Of a stretch of DNA of 64,000 nucleotides, positions 57,879 through 64,000 are shown piece by piece. The stretch covers positions 1,959 through 65,958 of the forward strand of contig JAFAZW010000006.1 of the NCBI GenBank assembly GCA_019239415.1. Reading direction: 5' to 3'. Source of the stretch: Alphaproteobacteria bacterium (lineage in GTDB: Bacteria > Pseudomonadota > Alphaproteobacteria > Sphingomonadales > Sphingomonadaceae). Each line of letters starts with the position of its first letter. Position 1 is the stretch's first letter. The position numbers were made by a program, and so were the translations under genes. The notes below the pieces were generated by a model. That model was not told the origin of the DNA. It worked only from the letters and a program-made list of their open reading frames with translations, and did not search any database.

Positions 57879-58618
57879 AGGCTCTCCAGCAAGGCGGCGA
57901 CAATGCCGGTCAGCAGGGCGAGGTCGCCGGGGCGCGACAGGCGGTGGTCGCCATTCTTGACGAGGATCGTCTGCACGTCGGCTGAACGCAGCCGTTCGGC
58001 GATGTCGAGGGCGAGGCGCCACGGCACCTCGGCATCGTCGAGGCCGTGGAGGAGGCGGACGGGCCCGTCGAAGCCGATCGCGTCGCCGAGCAGGCGCAGC
58101 CCCTCGCCGCTCTCCCAGAAGGCGCGGGTGGTGACGGTCGGCGCGTCGCCATAGGGATTCTCCGCGACGAGCCGGCCCTCGTCGCGGATCGCGCGCTTCT
58201 GCTTGTTGGTGTAGCCCCAATGGGTGAAGTCCGGCGCCGCGGCGATGCCGACCAGCCCCTTCACCTCTTCCGGCCGGGCGAGCGCGGCGAGCAGCATCAG
58301 CCAGCCGCCCATCGACGAGCCGACGAGCAGGACCGGCCCCGCGACGAGATCGATCATCGCCAGCGCATCGTCCCGCCAGCTGGCAAGCGTCTCGTCCTCG
58401 AACGCCCCCTCGCTGGCGCCGCACCCGCCATAGTCGAAGCGCAGCATCGCGCGCCCCTCGGCGGCGGCCCAGGCGTCGAGGGCCGTCGCCTTGGAGCCGG
58501 CCATGTCCGAGGCGTAGCCGGGGAGGAAGACGAGCGTCGGCCCGCGGCCGGTGCGGTGGCGGTAGGCGAGGCGGCGGGCGCCGCGGGAGAGGAAAGCAAG
58601 GGTCACAAGGTTCGGCAC
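57875..58618 (-). CDS. alpha/beta hydrolase
   Basis: Nucleophile elbow GSSMGG, and a C-terminal D/H in HGLDD and GDHRL. Confidence 0.8.
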   Translation of the reverse strand: MPNLVTLAFLSRGARRLAYRHRTGRGPTLVFLPGYASDMAGSKATALDAWAAAEGRAMLRFDYGGCGASEGAFEDETLASWRDDALAMIDLVAGPVLLVGSSMGGWLMLLAALARPEEVKGLVGIAAAPDFTHWGYTNKQKRAIRDEGRLVAENPYGDAPTVTTRAFWESGEGLRLLGDAIGFDGPVRLLHGLDDAEVPWRLALDIAERLRSADVQTILVKNGDHRLSRPGDLALLTGIVAALLESL

Positions 58619-58642
58619 CGGTCGTGCGAGGGTCTATCTCCC

Positions 58643-59563
58643 TTAGCCGTCCACGAGGAATGCCTCCAGCGCGGCGCGGAACGCCGCCGGCTGGTCGAGC
58701 ATCACGAAATGTCCCGCCTCGGCGATGGGCACGAACCGCACGTTGGGCGCGCCGGCATATTGGGCAGCGTAGAAGGCGAGCGTGCGGTCCTTGCCGAACC
58801 CTGCCGCCGTCCACGGCACGACGACGGTGATCGGCGCGGCGATTCCCGGCAGCGCGGGCCGCAGGTCGCTCGTCATATCCTCGTAAATGGCCTGGCCGGC
58901 CACCCGCGCGTCGGCGCGCGCCGACCAGGCGCGCATGCGCGTCCGCGCCGCCGGGGTCAGCGCCAGCGAGTCCACGCCCGTGGCGATCTCCGCTTGCGTC
59001 ATCGTCCTGCCGTAGCGCGCGGCGGTCGCGGTGCGCAGGGTCGCGGCCATGGCTTCGATCTGCGCCGAGCCCGGCATCGGCCCGCCGCGGGCCAGCAGGA
59101 CGGCGAAATCGGGAAGCGCGTCGACGATCATCAGCCGGTCGACCTGGTCTCGGTGGACGCTGGCGAACTTCAGCGCGAGAAGCCCGCCCATCGAATGGCC
59201 GACAAAGCGCACCGGTCCCGCGCGGTCGGCGACGAGGGCGGCGGAGAGATCGGCGACCACCCCGTCGAGCAGGCCGGAGGCGAGGTTGGCGCCAGGGGCG
59301 TCGCCGCCGAAGCCGTTGACCTGGACGAGATAGACGCGGTGGCTCCGCGCGAGATCGGCGGCGACTCCGTCCCACACGTCGCGGGGGCTGGCGAGACCGG
59401 GGACGAGGACCACCGGGCTGCCCCTGCCGAGCGCGACGATCGAGATGTGCGCGAGACGGGTTTCGGCCGGGGCACGCGCCGCGGCGGCGGCCGGGCGCGG
59501 CCCGAGCAGGACGAGGCCCGCGAGGGCGGTGAGAGCGAGGCGGAGGGCTAATCTGCGGATCAT
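58643..59563 (-). CDS. alpha/beta hydrolase (secreted)
   Basis: Internal ATG (MIRRLALRLAL, a signal peptide). Nucleophile elbow GHSMGG and the C-terminal AGHFV block are present. Confidence 0.8.
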   Translation of the reverse strand: MIRRLALRLALTALAGLVLLGPRPAAAAARAPAETRLAHISIVALGRGSPVVLVPGLASPRDVWDGVAADLARSHRVYLVQVNGFGGDAPGANLASGLLDGVVADLSAALVADRAGPVRFVGHSMGGLLALKFASVHRDQVDRLMIVDALPDFAVLLARGGPMPGSAQIEAMAATLRTATAARYGRTMTQAEIATGVDSLALTPAARTRMRAWSARADARVAGQAIYEDMTSDLRPALPGIAAPITVVVPWTAAGFGKDRTLAFYAAQYAGAPNVRFVPIAEAGHFVMLDQPAAFRAALEAFLVDG

Positions 59564-59769
59564 GGCCGGTCTTCCCTTGAGGGGCTGGTGAAAATCTCTT
59601 CGATGGCGAGGCCGAACAGCTCGGCGATGCGGAAGGCGAGCGGCAGCGAGGGGTCGTACTTGCCGGTCTCGATCGCGTTGACGCTCTGGCGCGAGACCTG
59701 AAGCCGGTCGGCGAGGTCGCTTTGGCTCCAGTCGCGCTCGGCGCGGAGCACCTTGAGGCGGTTCCTCAT
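59560..59769 (-). CDS. XRE-family helix-turn-helix transcriptional regulator (69 aa)
   Basis: [52 protein letters not shown] is a canonical short Cro/C1-type HTH. Confidence 0.85.
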   Translation of the reverse strand: MRNRLKVLRAERDWSQSDLADRLQVSRQSVNAIETGKYDPSLPLAFRIAELFGLAIEEIFTSPSREDRP

Positions 59770-60176
59770 CAGCAGCCGCCCTCGCCGAGGGTGAGCTTGT
59801 TGACGACCCCGCCGATGCCAAGCCCGAAGAACCAGACGACCACGACATAATAGCCGTCGACGCGGCCGATCAGCTCGAAGCTTTCGAGGAAGCCCCAGAT
59901 CGTCGCCGCGCTCAGCGAGAAACCGCTCGCCCAGAGCGTCTGGCGGACCATCAGCATGCGGACATATTCGTCCTCTTCCTCGACCAGATAGCGGCCGATC
60001 GCGCCGATGATCCCGATGACGGGGAGCGCCGGCAGGATCGCGACGCCATAGGCACACACGCCCGAGACATAATGGTGCCTGAAGCCGAGCGCCGCGCCGA
60101 TCAGAAAGACGGCGTAGGCGAGGCTCAGCCACACCACCCGCCAGTTGTACCGTTTCCACGCGGGAGTCCGCAGCAT
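59769..60176 (-). CDS. hypothetical 4-TM membrane protein co-transcribed with the XRE regulator
   Basis: 135 aa with four hydrophobic helices. Its stop overlaps the XRE start by 1 nt. Confidence 0.6.
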   Translation of the reverse strand: MLRTPAWKRYNWRVVWLSLAYAVFLIGAALGFRHHYVSGVCAYGVAILPALPVIGIIGAIGRYLVEEEDEYVRMLMVRQTLWASGFSLSAATIWGFLESFELIGRVDGYYVVVVWFFGLGIGGVVNKLTLGEGGC

Positions 60177-60197
60177 GTCAAGGTCCCTCCTCTGTTG

Positions 60198-60213
60198 GTA
60201 AAGCGTCCTTTAC
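60198..60213. promoter_or_regulatory. inverted repeat GTAAAG-N4-CTTTAC upstream of the membrane/XRE cassette
   Basis: Perfect 6-bp arms, 22 nt upstream of the start at 60176. A third CCTTTACA half-site lies at 60240..60247. Confidence 0.3.
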
Positions 60214-60331
60214 ACACCGAGTCGCGCCGAGTCAAGTGACCTTTACAGGAGGCAGCGGCAGCCCGGCCCGGGCCTTCTCTTCCTCCCCGGGGGTGGAGGA
60301 AGTGCATGGGTGTTGTTACATGCCCCCCATC

Positions 60332-62332
60332 ATGACCAAGCCGTTCAACATCCGCCTGCCCGATGGTTCCGTGCGCGAGGTCGCGCCGGGGACGACGCCC
60401 GCCGATATCGCGGCGGCGATCGGGCCTGGGCTCGCCAAGGCGGCGCTGGCGGCGCGGGTGGACGGCGAGGTGCGCGACATCATGCGGCCGCTCGAGGGCG
60501 ACGCGGAGCTCGCGCTGATCACGGCGCGCGACGAGAAGGAAGCGCTCGAGCTCGTCCGCCACGATTATGCGCACGTGCTCGCCGAGGCGGTGCAGAACCT
60601 GTTTCCGGGAACGCAGATCACCTTCGGGCCCGCGACCGACGACGGCTTCTATTACGATTTCGCGCCGACGGCGGAGCACGGCCCCTTCACCGAGGAGGAG
60701 CTGCCGCAGATCGAGGAGGAGATGCGGCGGATCATCGCGCGCGACGAGAAGCTCGTGCGCGAAGTGTGGTCGCGCGACGAGGTCCGCGCCTTCTTCGAAA
60801 GCCAGGGCGAGGCGTTCAAGGCCGAGTGGGTGATGGAGCTGCCCGCCGACGAGACGATCACCATGTACCGCTCGGGCGAATGGGTCGACCTGTGCCGGGG
60901 CCCGCACCTCGCCTCGACGGGCAAGCTCGACCCGCAAGCGTTCAAGCTGACGCGGGTGTCGGGCGCCTATTGGCGCGGCGACCAGAAGAACGCGATGCTC
61001 TCGCGCATCTACGGCACCGGCTGGCTCAACCGGAAGCAGCTCCAGGAGCATCTGACGCGGCTCGAGGAGGCGGCGAAGCGCGATCATCGCAAGATCGGCC
61101 AGGAGATGGACCTGTTCCACCTCCAGCAGGAGGCGCAGGGGTCCGTCTTCTGGCACCCGAAGGGCTATCTCATCTGGCGCGTGCTCGAAGCCTATATGCG
61201 CCGCAAGCTCGATGCCGCCGGCTATGACGAGGTCAAGAGCCCGCAGCTGATGGACGCACGGCTGTGGGAAGCCTCGGGCCACTGGGGCAAATATCGCGAG
61301 AACATGTTCGTCGTGCCGGACGAGGTGCCGAACACCGAGGCGGAAGGGCCGGTGATCACCGGCGAGGGCGACTGGATGGCGCTCAAGCCGATGAACTGCC
61401 CGGCGCACGTCCAGATCTTCCGCCAGGGGATCAAGTCGTACCGCGACCTGCCCTTGAGGATGGCCGAGTTCGGCTGCTGCCACCGGAACGAGCCGCATGG
61501 CGCGCTGCACGGGATCATGCGCGTCAGGCAGTTCACCCAGGACGACGCCCACATCTTCTGCCGCGCCGACCAGGTCGTCGAGGAGGTGCGGGTGTTCTGC
61601 GACCTGCTCGACGGCATCTACCGCGACCTCGGCTTCGCGACATATGAGATCAAGCTGGCGCTGCGGCCGGAGCAAAGGTTCGGCAGCGACGCGGATTGGG
61701 ACCGCGCCGAGCAGGAGCTGCGCGATGCGGTGGCGCTCGCCGGGCGGGCGACGGCCGACTATGGCTGGGAGGAGCTGCCGGGCGAAGGCGCCTTCTATGC
61801 GCCGAAGCTCGAATTCCACCTCAAGGACGCGATCGGGCGGACCTGGCAGGTGGGGACGATCCAGGCCGACACGGTGCTGCCGGACCGGCTCGACGCCACC
61901 TATGTCGGCGAGGACGGGCAGAAGCACCGGCCGGTGATGCTCCACCGCGCGATCCTCGGGACGTTCGAGCGCTTCATCGGCATCCTGATCGAGCATCATG
62001 CCGGCCGCTTCCCGCTCTGGCTGGCGCCGGTGCAGGCGGTGGTCGCGACGATCGTCTCCGATGCCGACGTTTATGCGCGCGAGGTGCACGCGGCGCTGAC
62101 CGCGGCCGGCATCCGGGCCGAGCTCGACCTCAGGAACGAGAAGATCAACTACAAGGTGCGCGAGCACAGCCTCGCCCACGTCCCCAACCTCCTCGTGCTC
62201 GGCAAGCGCGAGGCGGAGGAGCGGGCGGTGGCGCTGCGGCCGCTGGGCGAGGGCGCGCGGCAGGAGGTGCTGGGGCTCGAGGACGCGGTCGCGCGGCTCC
62301 AGGCGGAGGCGAAGGCGCCGGACCTTCGTTAG
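60332..62332 (+). CDS. thrS: threonine--tRNA ligase
   Basis: TGS domain N-terminus ([13 protein letters not shown]) and class II core ([26 protein letters not shown]). ATG 60320 is an alternative start. Confidence 0.95.
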   Translation: MTKPFNIRLPDGSVREVAPGTTPADIAAAIGPGLAKAALAARVDGEVRDIMRPLEGDAELALITARDEKEALELVRHDYAHVLAEAVQNLFPGTQITFGPATDDGFYYDFAPTAEHGPFTEEELPQIEEEMRRIIARDEKLVREVWSRDEVRAFFESQGEAFKAEWVMELPADETITMYRSGEWVDLCRGPHLASTGKLDPQAFKLTRVSGAYWRGDQKNAMLSRIYGTGWLNRKQLQEHLTRLEEAAKRDHRKIGQEMDLFHLQQEAQGSVFWHPKGYLIWRVLEAYMRRKLDAAGYDEVKSPQLMDARLWEASGHWGKYRENMFVVPDEVPNTEAEGPVITGEGDWMALKPMNCPAHVQIFRQGIKSYRDLPLRMAEFGCCHRNEPHGALHGIMRVRQFTQDDAHIFCRADQVVEEVRVFCDLLDGIYRDLGFATYEIKLALRPEQRFGSDADWDRAEQELRDAVALAGRATADYGWEELPGEGAFYAPKLEFHLKDAIGRTWQVGTIQADTVLPDRLDATYVGEDGQKHRPVMLHRAILGTFERFIGILIEHHAGRFPLWLAPVQAVVATIVSDADVYAREVHAALTAAGIRAELDLRNEKINYKVREHSLAHVPNLLVLGKREAEERAVALRPLGEGARQEVLGLEDAVARLQAEAKAPDLR

Positions 62333-62335
62333 GCC

Positions 62336-62416
62336 GTCATCCCGGCGGAAGCCGGGATCTCCTGGAGACCGGCCGCGGCCTTTCCGGATGGAGATCCCGG
62401 CGTTCGCCGGGATGAC
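62336..62416. repeat. family-A nested-hairpin inverted-repeat element, copy A3 (81 bp)
   Basis: The arms are GTCATCCCGGCGGAAGCCGGGATCTC (62336..62361) and GAGATCCCGGCGTTCGCCGGGATGAC (62391..62416). It begins 3 nt after the thrS stop. Confidence 0.85.
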
Positions 62417-62547
62417 GGGGTGCTCCTCCCGCAACAGCCTGACGGAAAACCGCCGCGGCCGCCGCCGCCGTCTTTCATTCGGGCCGCCGACTCACTAGGT
62501 AGAGGGTCGCAAAGTCACGTTCAGGAGATCGAGCTATACGTCCGCCC

Positions 62548-63078
62548 ATGACCCGGCGCCCCATGGCGCCGCCGCTTAACGGCCCCCGCTTCAATGAATT
62601 CATCTCCGTGCCCCGGGTGCGCGTGATCGATGAGAATGGCGAGAATCTGGGGGTGATGCTGACAGCCGAAGCGATCGAGCAGGCCGCGGACGTCGGGCTC
62701 GATCTGGTCGAGGTCTCTCCCAATGCCGACCCGCCGGTGTGCAAGTTCCTCGACGTCGGCAAGTTCAAGTACGAGGCGCAGAAAAAGGCGAACCTCGCCC
62801 GCAAGACCCAGAAGACGCAGGAGATCAAAGAGATCAAGATGCGTCCCAACATCGACGATCACGATTACGACACCAAGATGAAGAAGGTGCACGACTTCAT
62901 CGGCGAGGGCGACAAGGTGAAGATCACCCTGCGCTTCCGCGGCCGCGAGCTCGCCCACGGCCGGCTCGGCATGGAGCTGCTCCAGCGCGTCCAGGAGAAT
63001 GTCGCGGCGATCGCCAAGGTGGAGCAGCATCCGCGGATGGAAGGCCGGCAGATGCTGATGGTGCTGGCGCCCAAATAA
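62548..63078 (+). CDS. infC: translation initiation factor IF-3
   Basis: [23 protein letters not shown] ... [19 protein letters not shown] is present. The true start may be a non-canonical codon upstream, as in other bacteria. Confidence 0.9.
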   Translation: MTRRPMAPPLNGPRFNEFISVPRVRVIDENGENLGVMLTAEAIEQAADVGLDLVEVSPNADPPVCKFLDVGKFKYEAQKKANLARKTQKTQEIKEIKMRPNIDDHDYDTKMKKVHDFIGEGDKVKITLRFRGRELAHGRLGMELLQRVQENVAAIAKVEQHPRMEGRQMLMVLAPK

Positions 63079-63173
63079 GCGTCGCCGTGCGCCCACCGCT
63101 GAAAGGCGGTGGTGCGGCGGCCGCCTCGGCCTTTCCGTAGCGGAAAGCGCAAAACGCACCGGATCGGTTAGGT

Positions 63174-63211
63174 TTCATTGCGCAACGGGATTGTTGCACA
63201 AATGCAATGAA
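63174..63211. promoter_or_regulatory. nested palindrome upstream of the TonB-dependent receptor
   Basis: TTCATTGC-GCAAC-gggatt-GTTGC-acaaat-GCAATGAA has outer 8-bp and inner 5-bp inverted repeats. It lies ~100 nt upstream of ATG 63314. Confidence 0.3.
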
Positions 63212-63313
63212 CCTGCCGCGACACGCGGGAATCCGCGCAAATTCGCTAGGCGGCTGACATCCTTTTCAGTAGCCTTGGCCCCAAAGAGCACAAGCTTTGG
63301 GGAGGGTTTCGAA

Positions 63314-64000
63314 ATGCGCAAATCGATGTGGCTGATGTCGGCCGGCCTGGTGGCCCTCGCGACTCCCGCCGCCGCCCAGAACAACACGCCGCCCGCGCAG
63401 CCCGCGCCGCAGCAGGACGCGACGACCGCCGCCAACGCGGCGGTCCAGAAGGACAGCCCGACCAGCGGCGCCGCCGACGCCGCGACCGCCGCGGACCAGG
63501 GGAACGGCAACGGCACCATCATCATCACCGCCACCCGCCGGGCCAGCCCGCTGTCCGACGTGCCGATCGCGGTCAGTGCGGTCACCGCGGAATCGCTCCA
63601 GAATACCGGCGCCAACGACATCCGCGCCCTCAACCAGCTGGCGCCGTCGCTGCTCGTCTCCTCGACCGGCACCGAGGCGAACGGCTCGGCCCGTATCCGC
63701 GGCATCGGCACGGTCGGCGACAATCCCGGCCTCGAAAGCTCGGTCGCGGTGTTCATCGACGGCGTCTACCGGTCGCGGACCGGCGTCGGCCTGAACGAGC
63801 TCGGCGAGGTCGAGCGGATCGAAGTGCTGCGCGGCCCGCAGGGCACGCTGTTCGGCCGCAACGCCTCGGCCGGCCTCATCAACATCGTCACCAAGAAGCC
63901 GAGCTTCACCATGGGCGGCGGCGGCGAGCTGACCTATGGCAATTACAATTACGTCCGCGCCGCGGCCGGCATCACCGGCCCGCTTTCGGACAGCGTCGCC
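63314..64000 (+). CDS. TonB-dependent receptor, N-terminal part (continues beyond window)
   Basis: My own translation gives MRKSMWLMSAGLVALATPAAAQ (signal peptide). It continues IIITATRRASPLSDVPIAVSAV ... RIEVLRGPQGTLFGRNASAGLINIVTK (plug domain). ATG 63314 is preceded by GGGGAGGG. It is open to the window end, so it is absent from the ORF track. Confidence 0.85.
   Translation, partial: MRKSMWLMSAGLVALATPAAAQNNTPPAQPAPQQDATTAANAAVQKDSPTSGAADAATAADQGNGNGTIIITATRRASPLSDVPIAVSAVTAESLQNTGANDIRALNQLAPSLLVSSTGTEANGSARIRGIGTVGDNPGLESSVAVFIDGVYRSRTGVGLNELGEVERIEVLRGPQGTLFGRNASAGLINIVTKKPSFTMGGGGELTYGNYNYVRAAAGITGPLSDSVA

Overview
The window is a GC-rich core-chromosome segment (roughly two-thirds G+C by eye, not computed) of an alphaproteobacterium. 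Gene content and repeat types point to Sphingomonadales, but that is inference. I support about 76 protein-coding genes and one tRNA-Leu(GAG). I saw no rRNA, CRISPR array, IS element or prophage.

Left to right the window holds:
- a hemJ fragment and hemE;
- a 312-bp spacer with DnaA boxes that is the likely replication origin;
- the DUF299(PDRP)-maf-aroE-coaE-dnaQ cluster and hpf-ptsN;
- envelope genes (SleB-like hydrolase, PBP1A, entericidin);
- pfk, ftsEX and an acyltransferase;
- the rpmI-rplT-pheST operon, prs and gltX;
- a TonB-family gene and ribD-ribE-ribBX-ribH;
- a CorA/ZntB transporter, galU and dapD;
- a lipidated S8 autotransporter;
- a complete suf Fe-S operon (Rrf2 regulator, sufBCDS, sufT, an A-type carrier);
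- pyrD, ggt, an acyl-CoA ligase, gloA/gloB and hydrolases;
- an XRE cassette, thrS-infC and the start of a TonB-dependent receptor.

Many operons are translationally coupled by ATGA/GTGA overlaps.

The structure that the genes do not explain lies in small repeats:
1. There are at least three families of nested-hairpin inverted-repeat (REPIN/MITE-like) elements.
2. The suf operon is an insertion hotspot with five insertions.
   - A DUF559 endonuclease gene is bracketed by ~34-bp terminal inverted repeats of the same architecture as the short elements, so it may be their autonomous partner.
   - A ~96-nt palindromic element sits in frame inside sufC.
   - Another element now encodes the sufD C-terminus and the sufS start codon and N-terminus.
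3. Two G-quadruplex-type microsatellites sit exactly at the stop codons of pfk and prs.

The long alternative-frame ORFs in the track are GC artefacts and were ignored.
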